A stretch of DNA of 64,000 nt from Desulfurococcaceae archaeon (GCA_038888155.1 JAWAJB010000001.1:320001-384000); one strand, 5' to 3'. Shown: positions 27,856 through 38,317, counted from the stretch's first letter. Numbers and translations are program-made. The notes: generated by a model not told the origin, from the sequence alone.

Positions 27856-28833
27856 AACTAAGAGAGCCAAGATAACTGATAGAATTGACGGAATTAAGCC
27901 GTATTTAAACAGCTGCTTTAGCGCTTGCTCTATCCTGTAGCGCCCCATGATGTTCTTTACAGTTATAGCTACTAAAAGTAGGGCGATATACTTAGCGGAA
28001 AGGACAAGCAGCCCCTCCAGGGATAGGTGCCTGAATGGAGCTGGTCCGCCTAGCAACAAGTATGTACCAGTTAGCACAGCTATCACTAGGTCCAAGTCGT
28101 GGAGTAGCCTCGCGAGAGCTAGCAGTGGACCTGAGAACTCTGTTTCAAACCCCGCGATTAGCTCTTGCTCAGCCTCTGGGATATTGAACGGCGGGAGCAT
28201 TACCTTTGCCTGAATGCTGACAGCGAAGGCAATTAGTGAAAGTACCATTATAAACCCCGTAATGGGGTTCAACCACAAGCTGGGGATGCCGATGTAGCCC
28301 GCACTAATGCTCATAAAGGGCGCTCTTGCTCGAGTGGCTAGGTACAGCGGAACTACGAGGCTTGCGAAGTAAGTAGGCTCACCTATAGTGGCCATTGAGA
28401 GCATGCGCGAAATGCCGATGCTAGTGTACGGACCCGGCATTGCTAGCGAGGCCATTGTGAGCATAAATAGGGGCATAACGCTCGTCATGTAGAAGAATAT
28501 TAGTAGGTCGAACTCGCTCCTCACGCTATAGAAGCTCAGCGGCAACAGTATGATCGAGCCCGCTATGAAGGCTATTCCAGCTAGTAGCGAGATCTCCGCC
28601 GTCCTTATCATGCTGTACTTTGTTCGCGCTATCTCCTTTACCCTTAGGAGCTTAATGAAGTCGAATAAAGGCTGGAGTATACCCAGCGGCCCAACGTAGC
28701 TAGGTCCCATTCTCCTTTGATACCTTGCGCTTATTTTCCTAACGAGGTACTGTGTAAAAAACGCTAGTGTTATTAAAAAGAGCAACCCTGGGAAAACTGT
28801 TACGCTGAGGATCGCCACTAGGAGCTCTATCAA
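27850..28833 (-). CDS. mbhM: Mbh membrane subunit M (NuoH-like)
   Basis: RKISARYQRRMGP, LQPLFDFIKL and PFNIPEAEQELIAGFETEFSG. Confidence 0.9.
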   Translation of the reverse strand: MIELLVAILSVTVFPGLLFLITLAFFTQYLVRKISARYQRRMGPSYVGPLGILQPLFDFIKLLRVKEIARTKYSMIRTAEISLLAGIAFIAGSIILLPLSFYSVRSEFDLLIFFYMTSVMPLFMLTMASLAMPGPYTSIGISRMLSMATIGEPTYFASLVVPLYLATRARAPFMSISAGYIGIPSLWLNPITGFIMVLSLIAFAVSIQAKVMLPPFNIPEAEQELIAGFETEFSGPLLALARLLHDLDLVIAVLTGTYLLLGGPAPFRHLSLEGLLVLSAKYIALLLVAITVKNIMGRYRIEQALKQLFKYGLIPSILSVILALLVS

Positions 28834-28838
28834 CTAGA

Positions 28839-29189
28839 TCACCTCGTGAACAACACTACGAGCGAGAGGACAATTGCTGTTATAATTAGAATAGAGAGCC
28901 ACGATGAAATAAACCTATACCAGTCGTGGAGGCTACCTGTGTGAATCTTCTCAATTAAGGCGCTGTATATAGACTTGGCAAATTTCCTTATGAATCCCCA
29001 GTAGAGGGATCCTACGCTTGGTGTTGTGCTTGAAACCACTACTTCTGGCTCGCCGGACAGGTACACAGGGGTCTCTCGCACGCGCTTCCCCTTAAGGAGG
29101 TAGTACATAAATATCAGCAGAGCTAGGACAAGGCCTGCCGATACAGTGGTTAAGTAAACTGCCTCGTATGGACTAGTGTACAGCTTCAT
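28839..29189 (-). CDS. mbhI: Mbh subunit I
   Basis: YLSGE and HTGSLHDWY motifs; two TM ends. Confidence 0.8.
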   Translation of the reverse strand: MKLYTSPYEAVYLTTVSAGLVLALLIFMYYLLKGKRVRETPVYLSGEPEVVVSSTTPSVGSLYWGFIRKFAKSIYSALIEKIHTGSLHDWYRFISSWLSILIITAIVLSLVVLFTR

Positions 29190-29195
29190 GCAATA

Positions 29196-30785
29196 TCACC
29201 CAAGTAGCCATATGAATAGCTCTTGAGGAATTTTGTCTAGGGCAGCCATGATATACCGCCTGATCCCCTCTGTAGATATTGCGCTAAGGGCTGCGCTATT
29301 ATATGATGTCCACGTGTGCTGGAAAAGCACGCCGAGTACTAGCAGAGAGACGGCCATAGCTAGTAGCATTATCTCAATCCACCCGCCCTTTACAGGGCGC
29401 TTTGGTTCACTCCCAGTTGCAAAGACTACTGCTGATATGACCTTCATGTAGCCTGGAATAGATAGAGCAGATATTGCAATAATTATAATAGCGCCAATTA
29501 AATACCCGCCGTTAAGGTAGCCCAGTGTAATTAACAGCTTTGAGTAGAAGCCGAGAAACGGGAGGAATCCAGCTAAGTTGAGGAAGCCAAGCACTAACGC
29601 TAAAGATGTAATGGGGTAGTACCTGCCTATCCCCCGCATGTTGTCTAGGTCCCTCGACTCTGCAGCGTCTATTAGAATGCCGCTAGCCATGAAGAGCAAA
29701 GCCTTGGCGACGCCGTGGGCAATAATGTGAATAGTTGCCCCAGTCATGGCGAGCTCAATAGCTTCGCGTGCACCAGCGAGGAAGCCAACAGAAATTCCGA
29801 GGTAGATTATGCCTACATGGCATATCGTGCTATACGCCAGTAGCCTCTTAATATCTCTTTGAGTCATCATCATTAGCGCGCCGACAATTCCACTAGCTGC
29901 TCCAAGTATAGACAAGAATACTAGGGTTATCTCCCTAAAACCACCGGCAACGCTGTCAGTCCCGAAAATAGTGTAGAGGAACCTTACTGTAGCGTAAATA
30001 CCTATGTTAACAACTAGCCCTGAAAGGGCTGCAGAAACAGGAGTAGGCGCCTCCGGGTGGGCGTCGGGCAACCAAAAGTGGTTTGGAAACAGAGCGGACT
30101 TGTACGTGAATACCCACAGCGCAAAGGATATAGTGAGCACGCTAATGTACTTAAATGCCAGCGGTAAATTGGGAGACCTAGTGTATATGGACAACAAGGC
30201 CATGTTAACAGTTCCGTAGCCAGCGTACGTTATTATTACAGCAGTAAAGTAGAGTACTGTGGCTACAGCACCTATAAGGGCGTACTTTGCCGCCGCTTCA
30301 ACTGCCTCTGCTCTATCTCTGTGGTAGGCAACTAACCCGTACGCAGATATGCTGAGCACTTCGATCATTACGAACAGGTTAAACGCGTCGCCAGTGTACG
30401 TGCAGCCCAGCAGGCCTGTCTCTAGGCCCAACAGCAGGGTATAATACCACGTGGGGTCATCAATGTGATGGCCATACCAATATGAGTACACTACAACAGC
30501 CAGCAACACCCAAGATATGAGCAACCCTATGAGAGCATTGAAGGCGTCGATCTCGTACACTATGCCGAAGTGTGGTGGCCACCCGCCGTACAAGTAGAGC
30601 AGGGGTCCCATTTTTTGGACATGGTAGAATACTGCAGTCGATGAAATGGCTGCGAACACAGAAGCAATAACAGCTACGACGAAGGAACAGCGCGGTACCT
30701 TAAAGAGCTTAGTCATTGGAATTATAAATGCTGACAGCGCGAGTATAGGGGTTAGCAAGCCTAACAGATTTACTGCGAATTCCAA
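29196..30785 (-). CDS. mbhH: Mbh/Mrp antiporter-like subunit H (MnhD)
   Basis: GGWPPHFGI, DAFNLFVMIE, WLPDAHPEAPTPVSAALSG and DIKRLLAYST. Confidence 0.92.
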   Translation of the reverse strand: MEFAVNLLGLLTPILALSAFIIPMTKLFKVPRCSFVVAVIASVFAAISSTAVFYHVQKMGPLLYLYGGWPPHFGIVYEIDAFNALIGLLISWVLLAVVVYSYWYGHHIDDPTWYYTLLLGLETGLLGCTYTGDAFNLFVMIEVLSISAYGLVAYHRDRAEAVEAAAKYALIGAVATVLYFTAVIITYAGYGTVNMALLSIYTRSPNLPLAFKYISVLTISFALWVFTYKSALFPNHFWLPDAHPEAPTPVSAALSGLVVNIGIYATVRFLYTIFGTDSVAGGFREITLVFLSILGAASGIVGALMMMTQRDIKRLLAYSTICHVGIIYLGISVGFLAGAREAIELAMTGATIHIIAHGVAKALLFMASGILIDAAESRDLDNMRGIGRYYPITSLALVLGFLNLAGFLPFLGFYSKLLITLGYLNGGYLIGAIIIIAISALSIPGYMKVISAVVFATGSEPKRPVKGGWIEIMLLAMAVSLLVLGVLFQHTWTSYNSAALSAISTEGIRRYIMAALDKIPQELFIWLLG

Positions 30786-30796
30786 GTTCTCTCACC

Positions 30797-31303
30797 TCAA
30801 TCGAAAATTTTCCCTGAGTACTCCTCAAAGACCCTTGAAATCTGCTCTCTGGCTTGAGTTGGTTCCAGAGTCTTAGCATCTATCCAGTGGACATAAAAAA
30901 CTTTTTCCGACTCGTCAACTTCAACGACTATTGTGCCCGGGGTATTGCATATACTGCATGCAACAGCTGTCTTAGCGTAATCTGTCTGTACATTGAAGGG
31001 GACCTTAACTATTGCTGGGTTTACCGGAGCTTTGGGGTGAAGTATGCGCTTGATTACATCAACGTGTGCCTTTGTTTCATCTACTATGAAGTACCTGAGC
31101 GCGTATCTCAGCAAGTAGTACCACCTTCTCGGGTTTAGTGGCTTAGATGCGTCTTTTAGTGTTATATTAGAGAAGAGAATCCCAACGAAAACTGCTGTGA
31201 TCAACCCTGTCGCCAAGTCGTATATCGAGTAGCTCCCCGAGAATACTATGTAAATCAAAAAGGCGAGACACAAAACTATAAGTGCTCTACTTAGTGAAGT
31301 CAA
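30797..31303 (-). CDS. mbhA: Mbh subunit A (MnhE)
   Basis: NPAIVKVP, SICNTPGT and YVHWID. Confidence 0.88.
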   Translation of the reverse strand: MTSLSRALIVLCLAFLIYIVFSGSYSIYDLATGLITAVFVGILFSNITLKDASKPLNPRRWYYLLRYALRYFIVDETKAHVDVIKRILHPKAPVNPAIVKVPFNVQTDYAKTAVACSICNTPGTIVVEVDESEKVFYVHWIDAKTLEPTQAREQISRVFEEYSGKIFD

Positions 31304-31308
31304 TTAGA

Positions 31309-31725
31309 TCACCCCTTGAGCCTCCTTATATCCCTCATATCAAGGGTCTTGTAGTGAGTGTACATTATGTAGCCGAGGAAAATGAGGAAGAGAGTAACTG
31401 CTAGCCCTATGACAATAGCTGTCAACACTAAGGCCTGGGGCAGGGGGTCAACTGCTTGTCTTACAAAATTAAATACAGCCCAGGGTGTAGGCTCGGATGT
31501 TAAAACTGGGGGCCTAGGGCTCGTTTCGCTAGTCCACCTCCTGTAGCCCAAGTATATAGCAAAAGTGTTAACGGAGTCAGACAGTATAGTCAAAGCGATG
31601 ATTTTCTTGGTGTAGTGAGGCTTAAAGAATATTCCGTACAGCGATATCACTGTATTTATAAGCAGAGCCGAGAGAGTTATAGAGAGCAAGTACGTGTTAA
31701 TTAAGCTCATATCCACACTACTCAC
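31309..31725 (-). CDS. mbhG: Mbh subunit G (MnhC)
   Basis: KKIIAL and VDPLPQALVLTAIVIG. Confidence 0.9.
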   Translation of the reverse strand: MSSVDMSLINTYLLSITLSALLINTVISLYGIFFKPHYTKKIIALTILSDSVNTFAIYLGYRRWTSETSPRPPVLTSEPTPWAVFNFVRQAVDPLPQALVLTAIVIGLAVTLFLIFLGYIMYTHYKTLDMRDIRRLKG

Positions 31726-32494
31726 CCCACTTCAGAAGTAGAAGGATTATGAACACCATTGTGAAGCCAGCAGCAACGGCTAGCATTTCAAACAAGTTGA
31801 AAAACCATAAGGTGCCGCTTATTAACACGTCGCCGATGTAGTTGGGCAATCCAGCTGGAGCGTTGGGCTTTGGCATGTTTTGGAACACGTATCCAAAGCT
31901 TCCCGACGCTAACCCAACAAGGAATGCAGATACAGCTGTTATGCCTATTCCAGTTAAGCCAATGCTCCTCAAGGCGAGCATTTTGTTTGTAGTAATTCCC
32001 TGCTTTAGTAGGTACCCAGTAGAGAATATCACTATTAAAACTAACGGCACAACAGCTATTGTAGCCCCTCCCTGGAAGCCTCCACCGGGCGTTAAGTGCC
32101 CGTGAAAGGCTATAGATGCCCCTACAGCGAGGATCATAGGTGCAGTGATCTTCGTTACAGTTTTAACTATAACAGACAGCCCCACGCCCTCTTGACCCTG
32201 GCCTAGCCTCTCCGAGAAGAGGCCGCGCGCAAGGGATAGGCCCGATATCAGTGCCAAGTAGAACACTGCAGTTTCGAATAGCGTATCCAGCCCTCTGTAG
32301 TCCCACACTATAGCAGTTACTCCTTCAGGAGAATAAGCTGTATACTGCTCCTGCGGGTTGAATGTAGTGTATAGGTAGAAGACAGCGAGAGTTCTCAGCC
32401 ACTCGCTGGGCATTAAGTAGTTGTAAGCTAGTGTTATAAGGAGCGCTACCGCTAAAACAAGCGTAACTACAACGAGCAGCTCTACAGACTTCAT
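31718..32494 (-). CDS. Fused Mbh subunits E/F (MnhB)
   Basis: VTAIVWDYRGLDTLFE followed by HGHLTPGGGFQGG; start at the ATGA overlap with mbhD. Confidence 0.88.
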   Translation of the reverse strand: MKSVELLVVVTLVLAVALLITLAYNYLMPSEWLRTLAVFYLYTTFNPQEQYTAYSPEGVTAIVWDYRGLDTLFETAVFYLALISGLSLARGLFSERLGQGQEGVGLSVIVKTVTKITAPMILAVGASIAFHGHLTPGGGFQGGATIAVVPLVLIVIFSTGYLLKQGITTNKMLALRSIGLTGIGITAVSAFLVGLASGSFGYVFQNMPKPNAPAGLPNYIGDVLISGTLWFFNLFEMLAVAAGFTMVFIILLLLKWGE

Positions 32495-32751
32495 TGCTTC
32501 TCCCACCTCTCAGTTCTACTCACTATGATTATCAAAACTCCGGGGACGAGTCCAACAGCTACAGGTAAGTATACGAGAACGATGTCTGGGGCCATTAAAA
32601 AGTAGTACAAGATAGTGTAGAGGCCGCTTTGGAGGGCGCTGTATATTACAGCCTTTAAAAGGTCGCGCTCTTTTATTGCTCTGTACGTTGCTATCGTAGA
32701 AACTAAGCTCGCAGTAGCCATTATTAGGTACACAATTGTTTCAGCCACCAT
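32491..32751 (-). CDS. mbhD: Mbh subunit D (DUF4040-like)
   Basis: RDLLKAVI and LMAPDIVL. Confidence 0.83.
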   Translation of the reverse strand: MVAETIVYLIMATASLVSTIATYRAIKERDLLKAVIYSALQSGLYTILYYFLMAPDIVLVYLPVAVGLVPGVLIIIVSRTERWEKQ

Positions 32752-32757
32752 TGCAAC

Positions 32758-33132
32758 TCACCCACAGAGCTCTTTGTCCAGTAGATCTGCCGCGCACGGC
32801 TGGACGCGAGCTACCCTAGCTTTGTGCACAGCCCTTGAGAGCGCGTGAGAGCCGGCAGGCGAGAGCATTAACACGACAATTGCCGATACAAAGCTCGCGC
32901 CAGCTGTAAACCACTTGTAGACTCCCAGCTCGTCAATTGTTAAAGCTAGTAGAGAGGCCCCGAGAAGGGGATATACTGTCCCCCATATTGATCCAATGGT
33001 AGAGGCGTGAAGCCTTAAGTAAAAGTTCTTGAACCTGTGAAATCCCACAGCTGAAACTAAGGCTGCCGCTGATCCTAGCACCAATAAAATTGAGCCAATT
33101 GCTCTCAAGACGAGCTGCAGAGCATCAAGCAC
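32758..33132 (-). CDS. mbhC: Mbh subunit C (MnhG)
   Basis: RFKNFYLRLHAST and SPAGSHALSRA. Confidence 0.88.
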   Translation of the reverse strand: MLDALQLVLRAIGSILLVLGSAAALVSAVGFHRFKNFYLRLHASTIGSIWGTVYPLLGASLLALTIDELGVYKWFTAGASFVSAIVVLMLSPAGSHALSRAVHKARVARVQPCAADLLDKELCG

Positions 33133-33394
33133 CTAGATCACCCCTTTCGAGGTACTTTGATATGTAGATGTCTAGGGCATAAACCCAAAGGGCAAGTGGA
33201 ATTGCGACAATAGTTAAAATGGGCTCTTTGAAGTAAATGGAGTAAAGGACGAAGAGCACGATTGTCAAGTACGTAATAGTGTCTATGGCTAGGACTTGGT
33301 CTCCTATTGTAGGCCCCTTTAGTGCTCTTATGACTAGGATTAATATTGAGAGCAAGTAAATTATGGATACAATTAATATTAACGAGTCTATCAT
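33125..33394 (-). CDS. mbhB: Mbh subunit B (MnhF)
   Basis: RALKGPTIGDQVLAID and SKYLE. Confidence 0.88.
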   Translation of the reverse strand: MIDSLILIVSIIYLLSILILVIRALKGPTIGDQVLAIDTITYLTIVLFVLYSIYFKEPILTIVAIPLALWVYALDIYISKYLERGDLGA

Positions 33395-33792
33395 GGAGAC
33401 TGCACCTTTTTCAGCGTGCTAAGAGACAGCTCGCTTGATTGATACTTCTCTGTGCCGCCTATATCGTACTTGTTAGTTGCAATGTAGGCGTTAACGGGGC
33501 AGACCTTCACGCACCTGTAGCAGAAAACGCATTTTCCGTAGTTTATTAGTGGAAATAGCTTGCGCGGGTTTGTCCTTGGGGCTTCGTAGCCGGCAGGTAT
33601 AGATGTCATCTTGATGGCTTCTGCTGGACACTCCATTGCGCACAACGAGCAGCCAGTGCACTTAGTTAAGTCAGCGTACTGAACTCCCCTAAAGTCCTGT
33701 TCAACAGATGTTTTCTCGCGGGGATACTGAATAGTTGCTGGCTTGCTAAAGAGGTTTGCCAGAGATAGCTTGAGAAGCCTTGGCCTACCCAT
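33391..33792 (-). CDS. mbhN: Mbh subunit N (2x[4Fe-4S], NuoI-like)
   Basis: PATIQYP, CTGCSLCAMECP and CVFCYRCVKVCP. Confidence 0.92.
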   Translation of the reverse strand: MGRPRLLKLSLANLFSKPATIQYPREKTSVEQDFRGVQYADLTKCTGCSLCAMECPAEAIKMTSIPAGYEAPRTNPRKLFPLINYGKCVFCYRCVKVCPVNAYIATNKYDIGGTEKYQSSELSLSTLKKVQSP

Positions 33793-34984
33793 GTATATCA
33801 CCAGCTAGTTTCTTAAAGGGTACTCTGTAGCGAACGCCTTTTTCAAGGTCAACAACGGTAGCCCTCTCCATGCAGGATATACAAGGGTCAAGAGAAGTCA
33901 ATATAACGGGGAGATCTGCAATCGTGTAGCCCACGTATATAAAGGCCGAGTTTATGAGGTTGTTGAAACTCGGAGTTCTAATCTTCAACCTGTAGGGGTT
34001 TGCGCCCTTCCCATCGCTCATAACGTAGTACGTTAGCTCCCCGCGTTGCGCCTCGACCCTAGTAAATGCCTCGCCCTGCGGGAACTTCCTTGGGAGTCTC
34101 CTCTCATCGGGCACTGGGTCTCCATCTGAGGGGAGCTTCTCCAGCACGTGTAAGCACATATCTATAGATTCCAGCGTCTCGTCCCACCTAACCATCATGC
34201 GAGCCCAGGCGTCGCCCTCGCTTCTAGTAATCACGTTAAATGGCGTTTCATTGTATGCGTCGTACCTATCGCTTGCCCTGCTGTCAATCTTTACGCCAGA
34301 CCCTCTAGCGTTTGGGCCCACAAAGCCGTGGCTTGTTACATCTCGATAGGAGACTTTGCCGACATCAACAAGCCTTTTAGCAATTGTTTCATCGTCTTTG
34401 AAAACTCCCTTGTAGTACTCTACTCTTGGCTTGATCTTCAACAAGATGTCGCGAAGTTGATCTCTCTTAACCCCGTCGATATCTCGGCGCACGCCTCCAA
34501 CTATCATGTAGTCGCCTAGAACGCGGTTACCGGTTAGGATCTCCTTTGCTTTCATTACCCTCTCTCTGTCCAGCATTATCTGCATGAACAGGTTTTCAAA
34601 GCCAACTATCTCTGCCATTACTGCGTTTATTAGCATGTGGCTATGTATCCTCTCAAGCTCCATTGCGAGTACGCGCAAGTAGCTTGCTCTCCGATTAGGC
34701 GTTATGCCCAGTATTTGTTCAAGCGCCCGAACATAGCAGTTCGCGTGAACGTTGTTGCATATTCCGCAAACTCTTCCCACAATGAATATATCCCTGTAAA
34801 AAGTGTTTCTCTCGCATAATTTCTCGATCCCCCTGTGATTGTAGCCAGTGTTAACATCTACTTTAACTACTTCTTCTCCATCTGCGTAAACTTTAATTAA
34901 AAGCGGCTCGTGCAGAGCTGGGTGCTGCGGGCCTATTGGGATCTCCGCTGTTATTGGTATCTCGACAATCTTAGTTATAGTCAT
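33785..34984 (-). CDS. mbhL: Group 4 [NiFe]-hydrogenase large subunit
   Basis: GPQHP, L1 RVCGIC and L2 DPCISCMER with all four Ni-binding Cys; C-terminal extension present. Confidence 0.93.
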   Translation of the reverse strand: MTITKIVEIPITAEIPIGPQHPALHEPLLIKVYADGEEVVKVDVNTGYNHRGIEKLCERNTFYRDIFIVGRVCGICNNVHANCYVRALEQILGITPNRRASYLRVLAMELERIHSHMLINAVMAEIVGFENLFMQIMLDRERVMKAKEILTGNRVLGDYMIVGGVRRDIDGVKRDQLRDILLKIKPRVEYYKGVFKDDETIAKRLVDVGKVSYRDVTSHGFVGPNARGSGVKIDSRASDRYDAYNETPFNVITRSEGDAWARMMVRWDETLESIDMCLHVLEKLPSDGDPVPDERRLPRKFPQGEAFTRVEAQRGELTYYVMSDGKGANPYRLKIRTPSFNNLINSAFIYVGYTIADLPVILTSLDPCISCMERATVVDLEKGVRYRVPFKKLAGDIHG

Positions 34985-34986
34985 GC

Positions 34987-35436
34987 TTACACCTCGCTGT
35001 CTTTTCTAAGCGGGAATGCGCCCTTCTCTACGACGTCTTTGGATACGAAGAAACCGCGCTTTAAGAACGGGTTACCGCGAAAGATCACACCGAGGAGATC
35101 GTGAGTCTCGCACTCACCAGAGAGCGCTCCTGGTAGAATGTCTATAATGCTGTCAATTTCGGGGGCATCTCTAGGAATGAACGTCCTGATGACTACAGTC
35201 TCTTCTTCGGGAAGCAATACTACGTAGTAGTCTAGCCTTATCTTCCCTTCATCCTTCATGTCTGTTCCAATTAAAGTCGACATGTACAGCCCCTCGTAGC
35301 TAAGTTTTTCGACGAGCAACCCAAAGATCTTTTTCACGTCCTCTGGCTTAACGACAAATAGCTTTCTGTTGGGCTTAACAACACCTTTCTCCAGCGCAAA
35401 TGCCTCAAATAACTTTATTTTCTCATTGGCAGCCAT
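34987..35436 (-). CDS. mbhK: Mbh subunit K (NuoC-like)
   Basis: ECETHDLLGVIFRGNP and FPLRKD. Confidence 0.88.
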   Translation of the reverse strand: MAANEKIKLFEAFALEKGVVKPNRKLFVVKPEDVKKIFGLLVEKLSYEGLYMSTLIGTDMKDEGKIRLDYYVVLLPEEETVVIRTFIPRDAPEIDSIIDILPGALSGECETHDLLGVIFRGNPFLKRGFFVSKDVVEKGAFPLRKDSEV

Positions 35437-35899
35437 CGCGTGGAACACCGCTGCCTCCAATTAACTTGAGAAGCTTAACGAGGCCATCCAGTATCGCCTC
35501 TGGCCTAGGCGGGCAGCCAGGAACATACGCAGCTACAGGGACGGCTTTGTCCGCCCCGCCGACAACGTTATACGAAGTCGCAAAGACTCCGCCATCTGTA
35601 GCGCAAGCGCCTACAGCTACTACGAATTTGGGGCACGGCATTTGATCATACAATCTCTTTAGCCTCTCAGCGCTCTTCTTGGTTACAGCGCCAGTTACAA
35701 CGAGTATGTCTCCGTGCCTAATGCTAGGGGCTAGTTTAACCCCAAAGCGCTCGGGATCGTAAAGAGGTGTAATAGACGTTAAGACCTCGATATCGCATCC
35801 ATTACAGGCTCCTGTATTAAAGTGAACTAGCCACGGGCTAAACCGAACTATTCTATAGTTAGCTTTCTTTGACTCAGCTACTGTGGCAGTCATAAGCAC
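35423..35899 (-). CDS. mbhJ: Group 4 hydrogenase small subunit (NuoB-like)
   Basis: GACNGCDIE, VGACA and GCPPRPE. Confidence 0.93.
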   Translation of the reverse strand: MLMTATVAESKKANYRIVRFSPWLVHFNTGACNGCDIEVLTSITPLYDPERFGVKLAPSIRHGDILVVTGAVTKKSAERLKRLYDQMPCPKFVVAVGACATDGGVFATSYNVVGGADKAVPVAAYVPGCPPRPEAILDGLVKLLKLIGGSGVPRDGCQ

Positions 35900-35955
35900 G
35901 CCTCTACGAATTCCCTATGTTGGGGGGAAGTTTATAAATGTGATAATTGCTTGCA

Positions 35956-38277
35956 TTAATCCATTGCCTTGAGGGAGGCTGCAATGACTTGCCCGAGAGC
36001 TATGCCTCCGTCACTAGGGGGTATTCTTTGAGGTAGACGCGGGGTTAAGCTGTATTCTAGTAGCTTGTCCCTAATCCCCATGTATATGAAGTTGTTGACT
36101 ATTGCTCCGCCTGAGGCGACAATCTCGCTCACTCTGTATCCCTTAGTTGCCTCAGCTAGCGTTTCCCCTAGGGCTAGCCCAAGCGCGTAGAGAAAGCTCT
36201 TCGCCAGCGTTGGTTTGCTTAACTTGAATTTGTTTTCAAAGACCCAATCAACTAGGCCAGTGTAGTCTAGCTGATGAATGCCGTCGCGTTCTACTACTCT
36301 GTAGTTGTCAACAGCGACTAAATCGCCCCTGTAAGCTATTGACTCGAGCCATATTGCCGGTTCTCCTTCAAAGGTCCTCTTAATTTGGGGATCTAGAGCT
36401 GCCGCTACAAGGTCTATTAACCTACCAGTGCTTGAAGCAGGTATGTACTTGCCGCGTTTCACTAGCGAGTACGCGTACTTTGTATCCAGTAGCTCTTTAC
36501 TGCCATCTGCCCCTACAAGCTTCTGTATTTCGTTGAAGTCAAGCCCTCTAAGGGAATAGTGAGCGTAAACTAACCTCAGGGGGAAGTAGGCATCCCTATC
36601 GCTTATTAGGGGGAGCGGAAGTATAGATGCTACTCGTTTAAATCCGTAAGAGTCTGCGCTGAATTTTAGTACTTCTCCTCCCCAAATTGTCCCGTCAAGG
36701 CCCCACCCAACTCCGTCAATGGCCAAGCCAGCTATATTGCCCTCTAATTCGTTATCTACAGCTGCCCCCAAGACATGAGCGTAGTGGTGCTGTACTTCTA
36801 CCCACTGGAGGGAGCGGTTTTTTGCGTACTCTAAGCCAATTATCCTAGAGAAGAGCCTTGGGTGCATATCGACAACGACTAGGGGCTTTAGCCTCTCCCC
36901 TATGCGGTAGTTCCTAGTGAAGAAATCGATGTACTTGAGGAGGTCCCTATGAGTAGCGGGAGTTTCCATATCCCCTATGAACTGCGTTAGCACTACTTTA
37001 TCTTCGAAGCCAACGGCGCCAGCGTTAGAGTTGTCTGCCCCAAAGGCTATGTACTCCCCCTTGAGGTCAACCCTAGTTGTAATCCAAGAAGGGGCATATC
37101 CGCGGCTTCTCCTCAGCATTAAGTAGTTGTCCCCCGTTTTCCTGATAACGCTGTCATCAACGCGGTTTACAATTTCCCGATCATGTATGAGGAAGTAGTC
37201 AACTACCTTGGACAGCTTGCCTTTGGCGCACTCCTCATCTATGCACATAGGTTCTCCAGCTATATTTCCGCTCGTCATAATGAGGAACTTATCCCTAGTG
37301 TTCATGAGCAATAAGTAGTGAAGCGGCGTGTACGCAGTGAAAACTCCCTCGTGAGATAAATCAGGCGACACGTATTTAGACACAGGGGTGTCGGGCTTCT
37401 TGGGGAGAAGCAGTATAGGTGATTGCGGCGAGCTTAAGATTTCTTCATCCCTCTCATCAATGTACACCAAGCTCCTGAGCACCTGCGTGTCGAGCCCCAT
37501 TACGGCAAAAGGCTTTCTAGGCCTGTTCTTCCTCCTCCTAAGCTCAATTACTACGTCGTCATTTGTTGCAAGGGCAGCTATATGGTACCCTCCTATTCCT
37601 TTTACAGCGAGAATGTGCCCCTCATCAATGAGCTTCGAGGCCTCTAGTATGGGGTTCTTAGAGTCTATTAGCTTGAACTCGCTGTCCACTAGATTAACCC
37701 GCGGGCCGTCTACTGGACAGCTTATACCTTGTGCGTGATGTCGCCTCACGTTGTTGATGTCGTTATACTCAGCAAGGCAGTCAGGACATAGGCTGTACTT
37801 AGCCATGGCTGTATTCTCTCTATCGTAAGGAACTTTGTACATCATGGAGAACCTAGGACCGCACCAAGCGCACGAGTTGAAAGGGTAGCCTTTTCTCCGG
37901 TTGCTGGGATCCAGAACCTCTGCTAGGCATTCACGGCAAATAGCAAAATCGGGGGGGATATTGGATCTTGCGTAAGAGCTTTTAGCGCTTTTCTCAATGG
38001 TGAACTCTACGAAGCCTTTAGGTACTTCGGGGTAAAGAAACACGTATTCCAATAACGCTACAGGGGGCTTATCATTGAACAGCGAGATCAGGAATTCATA
38101 GAGATTTTCTTCTGGCCCCTCAGCCCAGACTTCTACCTCGTTGCCGCCGATATTTCTCACGTATCCACTAACTCCGAGCTTATTCGCTATCCTCCTTATA
38201 AAAGGCCTAAAGCCAACGCCCTGAACCAGCCCGACTACGATTATGTGCGTAGCGGATTTTTGTAGCTCGCTCCCCAC
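35956..38277 (-). CDS. hypF: Hydrogenase maturation carbamoyltransferase HypF
   Basis: Acylphosphatase motif VQGVGFRPF, Zn fingers, KGIGGYH, QHHYAH and DGGIALGQ. Confidence 0.96.
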   Translation of the reverse strand: MGSELQKSATHIIVVGLVQGVGFRPFIRRIANKLGVSGYVRNIGGNEVEVWAEGPEENLYEFLISLFNDKPPVALLEYVFLYPEVPKGFVEFTIEKSAKSSYARSNIPPDFAICRECLAEVLDPSNRRKGYPFNSCAWCGPRFSMMYKVPYDRENTAMAKYSLCPDCLAEYNDINNVRRHHAQGISCPVDGPRVNLVDSEFKLIDSKNPILEASKLIDEGHILAVKGIGGYHIAALATNDDVVIELRRRKNRPRKPFAVMGLDTQVLRSLVYIDERDEEILSSPQSPILLLPKKPDTPVSKYVSPDLSHEGVFTAYTPLHYLLLMNTRDKFLIMTSGNIAGEPMCIDEECAKGKLSKVVDYFLIHDREIVNRVDDSVIRKTGDNYLMLRRSRGYAPSWITTRVDLKGEYIAFGADNSNAGAVGFEDKVVLTQFIGDMETPATHRDLLKYIDFFTRNYRIGERLKPLVVVDMHPRLFSRIIGLEYAKNRSLQWVEVQHHYAHVLGAAVDNELEGNIAGLAIDGVGWGLDGTIWGGEVLKFSADSYGFKRVASILPLPLISDRDAYFPLRLVYAHYSLRGLDFNEIQKLVGADGSKELLDTKYAYSLVKRGKYIPASSTGRLIDLVAAALDPQIKRTFEGEPAIWLESIAYRGDLVAVDNYRVVERDGIHQLDYTGLVDWVFENKFKLSKPTLAKSFLYALGLALGETLAEATKGYRVSEIVASGGAIVNNFIYMGIRDKLLEYSLTPRLPQRIPPSDGGIALGQVIAASLKAMD

Positions 38278-38317
38278 AGCAGACGCCTCGCTTGTCCTTA
38301 ACCAGGTTTTTACCTTT

